A DNA stretch of 64,000 nt, taken from Balanoglossus misakiensis. Its lineage: Eukaryota; Animalia; Hemichordata. The notes under the pieces were generated by a model, which saw nothing but the letters and a program-made list of their open reading frames with translations, searched no databases and was not told the DNA's origin. The translations under genes were made by a program, and so were the position numbers. This document shows positions 50,169 through 61,254 of this stretch, piece after piece. Each line of letters starts with the position of its first letter. Positions within the stretch are counted from its first letter, which is position 1. Location: assembly GCA_040954595.2 (NCBI GenBank), contig CM082597.2:8328343-8392342 (forward strand). The letters run 5' to 3'.

Positions 50169-51167
50169 TCATGTAAGGATCATACGTTCAGCAAACGTTG
50201 ATAACACTTGTCTTGGAGTGCGAATATAGCGCTTGTAACAGTCGCTGGACCAGCGGCCCATGACTTTGATCTCCCAGTCGGATACACCGGCTGCTGCTGC
50301 TGATGTTGCACCCCCACAGCGAAAGCTATGACCGCTGTATGCATTAGGGTCCAGTCCTATCTGGCCAATTGAATGCTTGAGGTGTCTAATAAAGATCTGC
50401 CTAGTAAGAGGTACATTACCAGGTAGTAAAAAGAAAGGGTCATTGGGTGATGCCCCAGCTTGGATACGCAGTGAGTGTAAACGTGATAATAAATCCACCG
50501 CACAAATGGCGTTATGTGAGCAGCCAATGATGACATCGACCCCTTTACGAAATGGGTCACACTTAGACTTTTTAAGGTGAACAACTGCGATTACATTAGC
50601 CCCTGACAGTTTAGAAAAAGTAATGTCACTTACAGTTAAGTCAGTGGCTGGAATAATTGGTAAATCCTTAATTACAAGTTCGCCAGACCTGAAAAGGCCA
50701 AAGAAAGCTGTGGTCATTGCAGTCCACACTACTAAGTCTTTTGTGCATGAAATGTCAAATAGAGGCCCTAGCCTCTGCAGTAAATCAAATGTAATTGCCA
50801 GTTTTTGTGTTGATTCTGGTCCTTGTGATCTTTTGACTGAACGTAGTGCAAGGTTAATGCGTGGACGGTTCTGCAATGGATCAGGTAAGCCTTCCTGGAT
50901 TTGCATTGACCGAACTGAATAGAGGTATGTCACAATGGAACTGTACTTTAGTTTCCTTTCCTCTTGAAGGTATGCAATAAACATAAGTAGAACATTCTCT
51001 GATGCTGGGAATGGTAATGTGTCTACTGTATCACAAAACTGAAGGTAAGTTTTTTGACCTGAGCCATATGTACGATCTGTGTTGGCTGAATAAGCACTGC
51101 CAACGAGTTTGCATGCTTGTAGCCACCAGTGGTCATGGGAAGTACCATTCCCTGTGAAGGAAGCAAA
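50169..51167 (-). CDS. Ngaro tyrosine recombinase
   Basis: FRSGEL, KKSKCD, YSGHSFRCGGAT, MGRWSSDCYKRYIR. The frame is open from 51167; first ATG 50984. Confidence 0.92.
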   Translation of the reverse strand, partial: FASFTGNGTSHDHWWLQACKLVGSAYSANTDRTYGSGQKTYLQFCDTVDTLPFPASENVLLMFIAYLQEERKLKYSSIVTYLYSVRSMQIQEGLPDPLQNRPRINLALRSVKRSQGPESTQKLAITFDLLQRLGPLFDISCTKDLVVWTAMTTAFFGLFRSGELVIKDLPIIPATDLTVSDITFSKLSGANVIAVVHLKKSKCDPFRKGVDVIIGCSHNAICAVDLLSRLHSLRIQAGASPNDPFFLLPGNVPLTRQIFIRHLKHSIGQIGLDPNAYSGHSFRCGGATSAAAAGVSDWEIKVMGRWSSDCYKRYIRTPRQVLSTFAERMILT

Positions 51168-51173
51168 TCAGTA

Positions 51174-52871
51174 TTACTTGTATCGAGATAGAGCATCAGC
51201 AATAGTGTTTTTGCTGCCTGCAATATGTATAGCATTCATCAGGAAATTGTCTCTGGCACAAATGAAGAACAGTTTTCGCAGAAGGGATGCACACTTTTTA
51301 CTGCGAGATGAACCACTGCGGATCATTGCAACAACAGAAGAATTATCACAGTGGAAAAGGATTTTTCGTCCTTTGAAGTGGGCTCCCCACGTGTCTGCAG
51401 CACGCACGATAGCGTAAAGTTCCCTCCAGTTAATAGAATAGATTTGATGGGTGTTGGCAGGAATCTCATTGACGAACTTTCCTTGGATTTTTTGCACACC
51501 GAACACTCCACCATAGCCAATGTCTGAAGCATCAGTGTAAAGATGTAGGTCAACATTATTTGTCCAGTAACTGTCGTAGAACATACTGACACCATTCCAT
51601 GTAGGTAAGTAGTCAATCCACCATTGAAGGTCCAGTTTGAAATTGCGGTTCAGTTTTACTTTATGGTGTAGGCGTTTTAGTCCTGATGAAGTGTCTATTA
51701 GTCGTCTGAGAAAGGTACGACCGGGTCGACATACCCGGGTGATGAAGGTAAGTTTACCAATAAGTGTCAAGATTTGTCGCTTTGTTGCCCGTTTCATTGT
51801 CATCCAGGCAAGAAGTTCCGTCAGAATGTCATCAATGCGGTCCTGAGACACTCTTGCCTCCATGCGGATTGTGTCTAGTGTTATGCCAAGAAACTCCATG
51901 GTTGTGGAGGGGGTGGTGACTTTTGTAGGGTTTACAGGAAACCCAAGTTCATCGCAAGCGAGTAACATTCCCTGAAGGTTTCTACTGCACTGATTTGTGC
52001 CTGCGCGGCCAGCTGTGAAGTAATCATCAAGGTAATGTTCCACTAGATCAATGTTGTGTGCAGCTTGCATGGTAAACTGAAGACCGTCAGCAAACTCATT
52101 GAAAATCGCTGGGCTGCTCCTGAGACCGAATGGCAACACTTTGCTATAGAAATAGCATGTTTGGAGTTCGCCGTCGATTTCAAGGTCCCAGGAACAGCCG
52201 AGTAGATTCCAGTCATCCGGTGTGACAGGTATTTGGTAGAATGCATCTTCGAGGTCAACCTTTGGGATAAGGGACCCCTTACCTAAACGTTTTATGTGCT
52301 CGATAGCCGCATCGATCGATATGTACTGACAACTATATTCGTCCTTCGATATGTGATCGTTCACAGAGTGCCCTGGAGGCCAGGAAAGGTCATGAATTAT
52401 CCGATATTTATTTGTATTCTTCTTTGGTCGCGCTCCTAGTGGTGAACTAATAAATGATTGGAATGGTGGAGTAATAAATGGTCCTGCTTTGTATCCTTTC
52501 TTGACTTCCTCTAAAAGTTTATGCGTAACTTTGTCCTTAACGTCAAGTGCGCTCTTCCAATTAGCTGACAGCAGGGGGGTTTGCGGCCTTTGGCCCTTGA
52601 AACCAATAGGCACCCCCTGTTGAATCCACGTCAGGATTTTTTCAGCATATTGTTTATCTGGTTGTTTATTGAGAACTTGCTGCCACACTTCCGCGTTGAA
52701 GTGACATGCAAGTTTTCCAGTTGATGAGGGGTGAGTCTGCTCCACATCGTTTGCACTTGTGCTGGCGCTTACACTTTGGGAATCTACATTCACCTGTTTG
52801 GTAGAGCAAGCAAACCTCATCCGTTTTTGTTTTCTTCTTTGTGTTCTCCGCCGGTGTGGATAGTTCCTCAC
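51174..52871 (-). CDS. pol: Ngaro reverse transcriptase / RNase H
   Basis: RIIHDLS, KVDLEDAF, LPFGLRSSP, HYLDDY, YTDAS, INWRELY, HCDN, ADALSR; no MT domain. Confidence 0.92.
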   Translation of the reverse strand: MRNYPHRRRTQRRKQKRMRFACSTKQVNVDSQSVSASTSANDVEQTHPSSTGKLACHFNAEVWQQVLNKQPDKQYAEKILTWIQQGVPIGFKGQRPQTPLLSANWKSALDVKDKVTHKLLEEVKKGYKAGPFITPPFQSFISSPLGARPKKNTNKYRIIHDLSWPPGHSVNDHISKDEYSCQYISIDAAIEHIKRLGKGSLIPKVDLEDAFYQIPVTPDDWNLLGCSWDLEIDGELQTCYFYSKVLPFGLRSSPAIFNEFADGLQFTMQAAHNIDLVEHYLDDYFTAGRAGTNQCSRNLQGMLLACDELGFPVNPTKVTTPSTTMEFLGITLDTIRMEARVSQDRIDDILTELLAWMTMKRATKRQILTLIGKLTFITRVCRPGRTFLRRLIDTSSGLKRLHHKVKLNRNFKLDLQWWIDYLPTWNGVSMFYDSYWTNNVDLHLYTDASDIGYGGVFGVQKIQGKFVNEIPANTHQIYSINWRELYAIVRAADTWGAHFKGRKILFHCDNSSVVAMIRSGSSRSKKCASLLRKLFFICARDNFLMNAIHIAGSKNTIADALSRYK

Positions 52872-53607
52872 GAAAGGGACACTCCTTAGCTAAGTGATCT
52901 GTGGCTTTGCAGCGATAACATTCCCTACGTGTGGTCTTTACTGCACCAGGGTCCATGAATGTAGTGATGTACAGGTCCTGGTTCAGGGCGTGGTAGTCAA
53001 AGGAGCAGGTTTCACTTAGTTGGTGTCGGAATCTAACATCATATGCATACACCACTGGCCATGCAAATTTGCTGTCACAGTTCTGGATAAGTTGGCGGTA
53101 TGCAAGAAGTGATGTTGCTGTGGCTGGCTTCTTTTCGAGTAGAATGCTTTCCAGTATAGCAAAGGCGTTCAGCCAAGCGCCAAAGGTTGATATAGGAACT
53201 TTTTTCCGCTTAGGGTTGAAGACAACTTGGCTGCCATCGATAGTAGCTTCTATTTTGTCCGGTGTTGAGACATGAGCAAAGTTCAATGGATGTAACTCGC
53301 TCAGATCAATGTACTCACCGGCAAGAACTTTCTTTCTTGTCGCCAGGGGCACTCCTTCGTGAAGGGTTTTCCTCTGGTGTAAAGTATCGAATGCCTTGTT
53401 ACCAACTCCAGCTGGTTCGTGTACCGGGGGCTGAGAACTGTGGGGGCGCTCCATTTGATTGTAGCCAACTGCGTTTTGGCGGGGAAGCTCGTTCTTCTTG
53501 TCTGTCACGGTAAAAGAACGTTTAACAAGTCCGGCTAGTTTGTCTACGGTCCGCTCTAGGCGATCGATCCTATTTTCGAGTTGGTTGGTTCCGTGTGACT
53601 TACTGAG
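52666..53607 (-). CDS. gag: Ngaro gag with CCHC knuckle and CCCH-type finger (5'-truncated)
   Basis: YDVRFR, CYRCKATDHLAKEC and CLLYQTGECRFPKCKRQH; the frame stays open to the Gypsy LTR edge at 53607. Confidence 0.82.
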   Translation of the reverse strand, partial: LSKSHGTNQLENRIDRLERTVDKLAGLVKRSFTVTDKKNELPRQNAVGYNQMERPHSSQPPVHEPAGVGNKAFDTLHQRKTLHEGVPLATRKKVLAGEYIDLSELHPLNFAHVSTPDKIEATIDGSQVVFNPKRKKVPISTFGAWLNAFAILESILLEKKPATATSLLAYRQLIQNCDSKFAWPVVYAYDVRFRHQLSETCSFDYHALNQDLYITTFMDPGAVKTTRRECYRCKATDHLAKECPFREELSTPAENTKKKTKTDEVCLLYQTGECRFPKCKRQHKCKRCGADSPLINWKTCMSLQRGSVAASSQ

Positions 53608-55815
53608 TGTAATGTCCCCGACTATGAATCAAATAGACTTATTCACCGTTGTATGGCTTCTAACATCTCGCCATGTTAACTTTTATTAACAACAACATAA
53701 TTACTGCGCATGGGCAGGTAACGTACCGCGCATGGCATGTACAGAATGCAGCTGGCCATACTGAAAGTATATTTTGTTATATGTCTGGATATTACATTTC
53801 TCCTTTTCTTTTGAGATAGCAGAGTTGTTTCAATTTCTCTTGAAGATTGTCATTTCGTACTGAGTCTCATTTTTCTCGTGGTTCACGGTCAGTGTTCCTG
53901 TTTGCGGTTTGATCATGAATATAATGTATGTTTTCAACAATCCTTGTGTTTCCAAATTTCTAAATATAAATTGGCCTTGATAGCTGCTCAACAAATAACA
54001 TTAATTTCAATTTCAAAAATATCAAATTGAATAAAGATATGTCCATTGGTATAAATGTTCCTATCTTTTTTTTCGTGCAATTTTCACTTTCAATACGAAT
54101 TCGAAATAGAATAAAATATGGAACAATAAACTCGAACATTGTTTTTGTCATTGTCAGTTTTCCATAGCCTAGCTATCGCCTGCTATTCATAGTCTTCCAG
54201 GTAAGTCGGACGGCGTCTTTCTCTCTGTGGACGGAGTCTCCTTTCCGGTGATTTTGTTGGTGTTGGGTTTGGTTTTCGCGGACTATCACAAACTGTTTCC
54301 ATCCCCTGTTGCTGGTTAGGTGGGTTTACATCTTCCTCATCATGGTTGGTATTAAGGAGTAGATTTTCTCGCCAGTCCCTTGCATTTCGTTTTCCGGTTG
54401 CATCATATATGAACATTTCCTCCTCAAGATCTTGTACTACTGCGTTCACAAGTTTGAACTTGCTCGCATCACGATATACTTCCCTTCCATCTGTTATACG
54501 TCTCGCTGCAATGCTTGAACCATCAATTCTGTATACTCTGTAGAATGTTGGCTCATATGCGGTTGACCATTTGTTTCTTTTCTGTTGTTTCAGTAGAACA
54601 TAGTCTCCCACGATGAAATTGTGTGGCTTCACATTTCTCTTTTCTGTTGCTTGTCTGATCATCTCTTTGTATTCTCTGTCTCTCTCATCGATTGCATCAT
54701 CTTTCATTGTCTTCTGGTCATCTCTTGTGTGGTGGTCTAGTTTGGTTCTGACCGGTCTATTCATCATGGCTTCATACGGTGCTGTATTTGTAGCTGGGTG
54801 TGGTGATGAACGGTATCCTGTCAGCATATCTTGAATGGCTATTTCTCTGTCCTTGCCTTCCAAGTGTGCGATTCTCTCTGTTTTATTCAGCATCTTCATG
54901 AAGTTTTCAGCTTCTCCATTGGCTCTCGCATGTTCTGGTGTTACGTTATGGTGGTGAAATCCCTCTTCCTTTGCGAAGTTGGTGAATTCTTCTGAATCAA
55001 AGGGTGGGCCATTGTCACTCTCCAACTGTCTGGGTGTGCCATGTGTAGCGAACATTTTCTTGAGTTTTCTCTTTGTGGGTTTCGCTGCTGTTGAATATAC
55101 AGTTTCAACTTCTGGGTATCTTGTTCTCTTGTCGATGGCTACCAGGTTGTAGTGTCCATCAGGATATGGTCCTCCAAAGTCCACTGATATTACTTCCCAT
55201 GGTTTCTCTGGTATTGGTGTCATCTTGACAGGTTCTTGTTTGTGTTGCTTCGTCGTTACTTGACATTCGAAGCATTGACCTATCATCTGCTCGACGTAGC
55301 TGTTCATCATCGGAAACCAATATTTCTCTCGCAACATCTGCTTGGTCTTCGTCATGCCTAAATGACCTAGCTTGTGTGCTGATTTGATGACTTTTCTCTG
55401 CAGACTGCGTGGAATCACGATGCGGTTGCTTCTGAGTATCAGGTCGTCTACCATGCTCAGCTCTTGTCTTACTGTGTAAAACGGGTTGATGTCTGGGGTC
55501 TTTCTTGTGCTTCTCCCAGTTGCCTCTTCGTATGACTCTGCTCAGTTTCTGTAGTTGACTGTCTTTCTTCGTTTCTTCTTTGATACGGTCTAGCACAACA
55601 GCATATTCTGTTTCTATCACTTTCTTGATTGTTTTCTCTGTACCATCTCTTCCTGTTTCAGGTAGTGGGTGTCTGGACAAGAAATCCAGTGGGTCAGCAG
55701 CATCTTTGCCTGGCTCATAGAGTAGCTCATAATCGACATCTTGCATTTCCATTACCCATTTCTCTATCCTGGGTGGTAGTTTCATGGTAGCTTTGTTGAA
55801 CATTGGGATGAGCGG
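53608..55815 (-). mobile_element. 3' part of a Ty3/Gypsy element (RNase H end, integrase, PPT, 3' LTR)
   Basis: 3' LTR 53608-53796 (TGTAATATCC...GGACATTACA, AATAAA); PPT 53797-53812; integrase 54183-55454 (HKLGHLG, CFEC, VDFGGP, SDNGPPF, NGEAE). Frameshift near 55500; cut at (DHK)PLIPMF by the Gmr1-like LTR. Confidence 0.9.
54183..55815 (-). pseudogene. pol: Gypsy pol fragment (RNase H C-terminus + integrase), frameshifted
   Basis: ORFs 55159-55803 (PPRIEKW...DPLDFLSRHP) and 54183-55454 lie in different frames. Confidence 0.85.
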
Positions 55816-56064
55816 TGTTACGACACACCCTGTTTAGTTGCTTGGTCGAGAGAGGGGTAGCTTTTCTTTGCATAACAAAGGGCCCTGCCTTTTGAAGTAG
55901 TTCATTTAAATATTGGTAATAACCAGATGGTCACCCATATGAAAGGCCTTCTCACCAAAACCACGAGGCACACTTCTCAACACGGACTCGGAGGAGCACG
56001 TAGCTGTCGTAGCTCCAGCTCCACATCGCCTTGGGAATTAGGAATTTACCTAGCTGGGCTGGAT

Positions 56065-56207
56065 TCTGTGAGCAACCGACTTCATGAGCAACGGATTTTG
56101 TGTGAGCAACGGACTTTGTGTGAGCAACGGACTTTCTGTGAGCAACTGGATTCTGTGAGTAAATGGCTTCTGTGAACGACGGACTTGGTCAGCAACGGAC
56201 TTCTGTG
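56065..56207 (+). repeat. ~18-bp degenerate tandem repeat inside the Gmr1-like LTR (also 61504-61646)
   Basis: Several tgtgagcaacggact(t)t units without unique spacers. Confidence 0.8.
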
Positions 56208-56499
56208 CCTTGAGTTCGGCCAGGACTTTTGTGGACTCGGTAACTCCTCGACCAAGCAGGGTAAAAACACGCAGTGAACATTTTCTTTTGTGTGACCTTT
56301 TGATTTTAGAAGGCTAGTTGTTTAATTAAATATTCTGTTGTTGAACCACATTCTCCATTGTGTGCTCCCGTTTTTTTCTACCGTAACAGAAATTGGGGGC
56401 TCGTCCGGGAGCTGAATATTTGCTCGAAGTTGTTGTTGTAAAAGAAAATTGTCCCAATATATTTGGAAGCAAAACTACAAAAATAAACTGGAGCTAACA

Positions 56500-59400
56500 A
56501 TGGAGTTCAAACCAGTGGAGTATTTAGAAAACCCCTCTCTTGAAGTGTTCGAAAAGTTGAGAAAGCATGAGTTGGTGTCGCTTGCCGAATATCTTGAGCT
56601 TGTTGTACGACCATCCATGAAAAAACAAGAGTTGAAAAATATCATTGTAAAGGCTCTTGTTGAACAAGGGAAATTTGGGGTTGAAGCACTGGAAATTGTT
56701 GAATCTAAGCATGAAGGTGATACGGTTAAAATAAGGCGGTTGGAGTTGGATCACCAGTATAGAATGATGCAATTGGAATATAAAGAAAGAGAAAGACAAA
56801 AAGAATTAGAAATTCAGGAAATGAAATTTAGAACGGGTAAGCAGGAGACAACTGAGTTTGGGGACAGACAAAATTCATCAGTGGGGTCCTTTCCTTATTT
56901 TGATGCAGCAAAGTATGTTCGACTGGTTCCTCAATTTCATGAAAAGGAGGTCGACAATTATTTCCAGCATTTCGAAAAAATTGCTTACAGCCTTAAATGG
57001 CCAAAAGATGTTTGGACCATACTGTTGCAGAGCGTCTTAATTGGAAAAGCCCGTGAAGCATTCACTGCCTTACCTCTTGATCAAAGTAGCGATTACGATC
57101 GTGTTAAAGATGCAATTCTCAAGTCATACGAACTAGTACCTGAAGCATACAGGCAAAAGTTCAGAAATGTACAAAAGCGGAATGACCAAACTCATGTTGA
57201 ATTTGCCAGAGAAAAGGAAAGATTGTTTGATAGATGGTTAACTGCAAAGGGAGTTAATCAGAATTTTGATAAACTTAGGGAACTCATGTTGATCGAAGAG
57301 TTTAAACAATGTGTTCATTCTGATGTCAACACTCATCTTGATGAGCATAAGGTTGACGCATTGCATGAAGCAGCTACTGTGGCTGATGATTATGCTTTAA
57401 CTCATAAGCTAAGCTATGCCAGGAGTAATATAGCAGGTCAAAGTAAAACTTTTGGTTTCCGACCTCCCCATCAGACTAAGAGTATTGAAAATAAACCTGT
57501 GAATTCTAAAGTAAAAGAAAGTAGTCCTAATTTTGGAGAAAAGACTAAGGACGGGATGTTTAAACCCATGCCAACGTGCGCCTATTGTAAAAAGAAGGGG
57601 CATCTTATTTCCGAATGTTGGTTTCTGCAAAGGAAAGGGAATAAGGTTAAAGTAGAGTCTACCGCCTGCACTGTAACTGAAAAATGTGTCCAACCACTGA
57701 ATGTGTCTAAAGTGCAAAGAATGGATGAAGTACCAAGAATAAAGGAAGAATTTAAGCCCTTTGGTTTTGATGGATTTGTATCATTGATAGGGGATGAAGC
57801 AAATCTACAACCCATAAAGATATTGCGTGATACTGCAGCCTCGCAGACATTGCTGTTAGATAGTGTGTTATCTTTGTCTGAAATGAGCTCTGCTAAGTCT
57901 GATGTACTAATTAAGGGGGTAGAATTGGGTTATATTAATGTGCCTTTACACACTATAAATTTGCAGTCAAATTTAATATCAGGATCTGTTAAAGTTGGGG
58001 TGAGACCCACTTTGCCCATAGAGGGTATTTCTATGTTGCTAGGCAATGATTTGGCTGGAGGGAAAGTGTTCCCCGATCCAATTGTAACTAAAGAACCTAG
58101 TACTAATGACAGTGTATGTGATGATATTGAGATTTTCCCTGCTTGTGTTGTGACCAGGGCCATGAGCCAAAGGGCTTCGACTGAAGAAGCTGTAAAGAAA
58201 GATGTAATAGATGAAGTTGACGATAATTTTGATGTCAACTTAGAGGATACGTTTCTTTCTAATGTAGGTAAACTTAAAAGTGAGTGTTCCTCTCCTTTGA
58301 CTGACAAAAATCAAGATGTTTCGAATCAGCCTAATCAAAAGTATGCTAAAACTGAGGGAAAGTTTAGTCGTGCTGGGCTTATTGCTGAACAGGAAGCTGA
58401 TCCTGAAATTGTTAATTTAAGTAAGAGGTCCTTGGCCCTCAGTGAAATTGGTAAAGTACCCGTATGTTTCTATACAAAGGATGGTATTCTTTTCAGAAAA
58501 TGGCGACCACCTGATGCGTCAACTGAGGATGAATGGAGAATTGTTCATCAAATAGTTGTGCCTAAATTGTATCGAAAAGAGATAATCAGCTTGGCTCATG
58601 ATAATGTTATGAGTGGGCATCTAGGTATAAATAAAACGCATGATAAGATTATAAATCATTTCTATTGGCCAAATTTGAGACGGGATGTGGCTAAATATTG
58701 CAGATCGTGTCATCCATGTCAGATGGTTGGGAAACCCAATCAAAAGGTACCAGTTGCACCTTTAAGGCCCATTCCTGCTTTTTCTGTGGCATTTAGTCGA
58801 GTTTTGATAGATTGTGTTGGCCCTTTGCCAAAAACAAAATCAGGAAATGAGTACTTACTAACCATAATGTGTTCGTCTACGCGATTTCCAGAAGCAATAC
58901 CACTAAGAAGTATTAATGCATCGAAGATAGTGAAAGCACTGACCAAGTTTTTCACTTTTGTAGGACTTCCCAAATCAATACAGTCAGATCAAGGATCAAA
59001 TTTCATGTCCGGTCTGTTTCAACAGGTTATGCACCAATTGGGCATAAAACAGTACAAGTCTAGTGCATATCATCCTGAATCTCAGGGGGCACTTGAACGT
59101 TTCCATCAGACTTTGAAGAATATGATACGTACTTACTGTTTTGAATACAATAAAGACTGGGATGAGGGAATTCATTTGTTGTTGTTTGCAGTTAGGGAAT
59201 CAGTTCAAGAATCGACTGGTTTTAGTCCCTTTGAGTTGGTTTTCGGACACACAGTTCGTGGACCCTTGAAATTCCTTTATGAGAGTTGGTTGTGTAAGGA
59301 GACCGAAATGAATCTTCTGGATTTTGTATCAAATTTTAGAGATAAGCTGAAAAGAGCGTGCGAAATAGCCAAAGAAAATCTCAGAGGAAGTCAAAAGAAA

Positions 59401-61167
59401 ATGAAACAGTGGTATGATATTAATGCTAGAAGCCGGAATTTTAAACCAGGGGATAAAGTTTTGGTGCTTTTTCCAATCCAGGGGCGTCCCTTGCAAGCCA
59501 GATTTTACGGCCCTTGTGAAATTGAATCTAAGATCAGCGATGTTGACTATACTGTTAAGACACCAGGGCGACGTAAAGCAAAGCAGCTATGCCATGTAAA
59601 TATGCTGAAAGAATACATAGAAAGAGATTTGCATGAAACAAAGCCAGTTTTGACATCAATTTCTATGGGTAATGATCATGGTAGTCATGATAAAGATGAT
59701 GCTAATGAGAGCGAGGTCAAGGGGTTTGTTCATGATGTCAAGTTGAGTAATTCAGAAATACTTGCAAATATAGAAGATAAATTGTGTCATCTTACTAAAG
59801 AACAAGGGGAAGAGTTGGAATGTTTGTTGCAGGAATTTACACATTTGTTTTCTGATGTACCTGGTAAAACTGATAAAATGTGTCATGATGTAGATGTTAA
59901 TAATGCACCCCCCATAAAACAGCATCCTTTCCGGGTAAATCCTGTGAAGCTACAACATATGAAATCTGAGATTGATTACATGTTGCAGAATGACATCATA
60001 GAACCGAGTTGTAGTCCATGGAGTTCACCATGTATACTTGTGCCTAAACCGGGTGGTTTGTATCGTTTCTGCACAGATTACCGTAAAGTGAATTCTGTTA
60101 CAAAGACCGATTCATATCCAATGCCTAGAATCGATGACTGCATTGACAAAATTGGTCAAGCTAAATTTGTAAGCAAGTTTGACCTATTGAAGGGGTATTG
60201 GCAAATTCCACTCACTGAAAGAGCTAAAGAAATCTCGGCTTTTGTTACACCCAATGGTCTATATCAATATAAAGTCATGCCATTTGGCATGAAAAATGCA
60301 CCAGCCTCGTTCCAACGCCTTATTAATCGTATCATCTATGACTTAGAGGGCTGTGAAGGGTTTGTTGATGACGTCAGTGTTTATGCAAATACCTGGGAGC
60401 AGCACCTACTGCGATTGCGCAAGTTTTTTGAAAGGTTAACTGAGGCCAAACTTACAGTAAATTTGGGTAAAAGTGAGTTTTGTCATGCTACTATAAGTTA
60501 CCTTGGTCATGTTGTGGGGCATGGTCAGACAAAGCCCATACTTGCTAAAGTTGAAGCAGTTCTAGATTTTCCAACACCAGGAAATAAGAAAGCATTGATG
60601 AGATTTCTCGGCATGGCTGGTTATTATCGACGCTACTGTCGAAATTTTGCAACCATTGCCGAGCCATTGACCAACTTACTGCGTAAGGATAACAAATGTA
60701 TTTGGTCAGAAGATTGCCAGTCTGCATTTAACAAAATTAAAGCAGTACTTTCTCACTCTCCAGTTCTTGCAATCCCAGAATTTGACAAGCAGTTTAAATT
60801 GTGTGTGGATGCTAGTGATGTTGCTGTTGGTGCAGTTTTGACGCAACAGAACGCAGATGGTGTTGACCACCCAATTGGTTATTTCTCCAAGAAACTTAAT
60901 GTACACCAGAGAAAGTATTCGACAATTGAAAAGGAATGTTTGGCTGTATTGCTAGCTTTACAACATTTCGATGTGTATTTAAGTTCCACAGTGCATCCAA
61001 TCCTTGTATTCACTGATCATAATCCATTGACCTTCATCCACAAAATGAAGAATAGGAATCAAAGATTAATGAGATGGAGTTTAACACTCCAAGAATATGA
61101 TTTGGCAATAGCCCACATAAAAGGTAAAGACAATGTAATTGCAGATGCATTGTCGAGAGGATTTTGA
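56500..61167 (+). CDS. pol: Gmr1-like gag-pol polyprotein: SCAN-like capsid, CCHC, protease, integrase, RT, RNase H
   Basis: YELVPEAYRQKFR; CAYCKKKGHLISEC; RDTAASQT...LLGNDL; HDNVMSGH..CHPC, DCVGP, SDQGS, ERFH; FCTDYR, FDLLKGYWQ, MPFG, FVDD; VDAS, EKECL, TDHNPL, ADALSR. Uninterrupted. Confidence 0.95.
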   Translation: MEFKPVEYLENPSLEVFEKLRKHELVSLAEYLELVVRPSMKKQELKNIIVKALVEQGKFGVEALEIVESKHEGDTVKIRRLELDHQYRMMQLEYKERERQKELEIQEMKFRTGKQETTEFGDRQNSSVGSFPYFDAAKYVRLVPQFHEKEVDNYFQHFEKIAYSLKWPKDVWTILLQSVLIGKAREAFTALPLDQSSDYDRVKDAILKSYELVPEAYRQKFRNVQKRNDQTHVEFAREKERLFDRWLTAKGVNQNFDKLRELMLIEEFKQCVHSDVNTHLDEHKVDALHEAATVADDYALTHKLSYARSNIAGQSKTFGFRPPHQTKSIENKPVNSKVKESSPNFGEKTKDGMFKPMPTCAYCKKKGHLISECWFLQRKGNKVKVESTACTVTEKCVQPLNVSKVQRMDEVPRIKEEFKPFGFDGFVSLIGDEANLQPIKILRDTAASQTLLLDSVLSLSEMSSAKSDVLIKGVELGYINVPLHTINLQSNLISGSVKVGVRPTLPIEGISMLLGNDLAGGKVFPDPIVTKEPSTNDSVCDDIEIFPACVVTRAMSQRASTEEAVKKDVIDEVDDNFDVNLEDTFLSNVGKLKSECSSPLTDKNQDVSNQPNQKYAKTEGKFSRAGLIAEQEADPEIVNLSKRSLALSEIGKVPVCFYTKDGILFRKWRPPDASTEDEWRIVHQIVVPKLYRKEIISLAHDNVMSGHLGINKTHDKIINHFYWPNLRRDVAKYCRSCHPCQMVGKPNQKVPVAPLRPIPAFSVAFSRVLIDCVGPLPKTKSGNEYLLTIMCSSTRFPEAIPLRSINASKIVKALTKFFTFVGLPKSIQSDQGSNFMSGLFQQVMHQLGIKQYKSSAYHPESQGALERFHQTLKNMIRTYCFEYNKDWDEGIHLLLFAVRESVQESTGFSPFELVFGHTVRGPLKFLYESWLCKETEMNLLDFVSNFRDKLKRACEIAKENLRGSQKKMKQWYDINARSRNFKPGDKVLVLFPIQGRPLQARFYGPCEIESKISDVDYTVKTPGRRKAKQLCHVNMLKEYIERDLHETKPVLTSISMGNDHGSHDKDDANESEVKGFVHDVKLSNSEILANIEDKLCHLTKEQGEELECLLQEFTHLFSDVPGKTDKMCHDVDVNNAPPIKQHPFRVNPVKLQHMKSEIDYMLQNDIIEPSCSPWSSPCILVPKPGGLYRFCTDYRKVNSVTKTDSYPMPRIDDCIDKIGQAKFVSKFDLLKGYWQIPLTERAKEISAFVTPNGLYQYKVMPFGMKNAPASFQRLINRIIYDLEGCEGFVDDVSVYANTWEQHLLRLRKFFERLTEAKLTVNLGKSEFCHATISYLGHVVGHGQTKPILAKVEAVLDFPTPGNKKALMRFLGMAGYYRRYCRNFATIAEPLTNLLRKDNKCIWSEDCQSAFNKIKAVLSHSPVLAIPEFDKQFKLCVDASDVAVGAVLTQQNADGVDHPIGYFSKKLNVHQRKYSTIEKECLAVLLALQHFDVYLSSTVHPILVFTDHNPLTFIHKMKNRNQRLMRWSLTLQEYDLAIAHIKGKDNVIADALSRGF

Positions 61168-61254
61168 ACACATGCATGTACATGTACTTTGTGATATTCA
61201 ACTTTGTATTTTTTGAAGTTTTCATTGTATTCAAACTTTTTCCAAAGGGGGAGG

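Larger units (their letters stand above)
49530..53607 (-). mobile_element. Ngaro-like tyrosine-recombinase retrotransposon (3' part), cut by a Gypsy insertion
   Basis: gag, RT/RH and YR ORFs; 121-bp direct repeats 49529-49649 and 49912-50032 flank a 262-bp segment (B1-A2-B2 split-repeat layout). A1 was not seen in the window. Confidence 0.9.

Noticed and set aside
53700-53735. Possible Ngaro 5' terminal repeat (ttactgcgcatg inverted match to ~49808-49819)
   Set aside because: Only ~12 bp of a common GCGCATGCGC motif, and it lies inside the Gypsy 3' LTR.
56065-56207. CRISPR-like look of the 18-bp repeats
   Set aside because: The units are contiguous with no unique spacers, lie inside an LTR, and there are no cas genes in this eukaryotic context.
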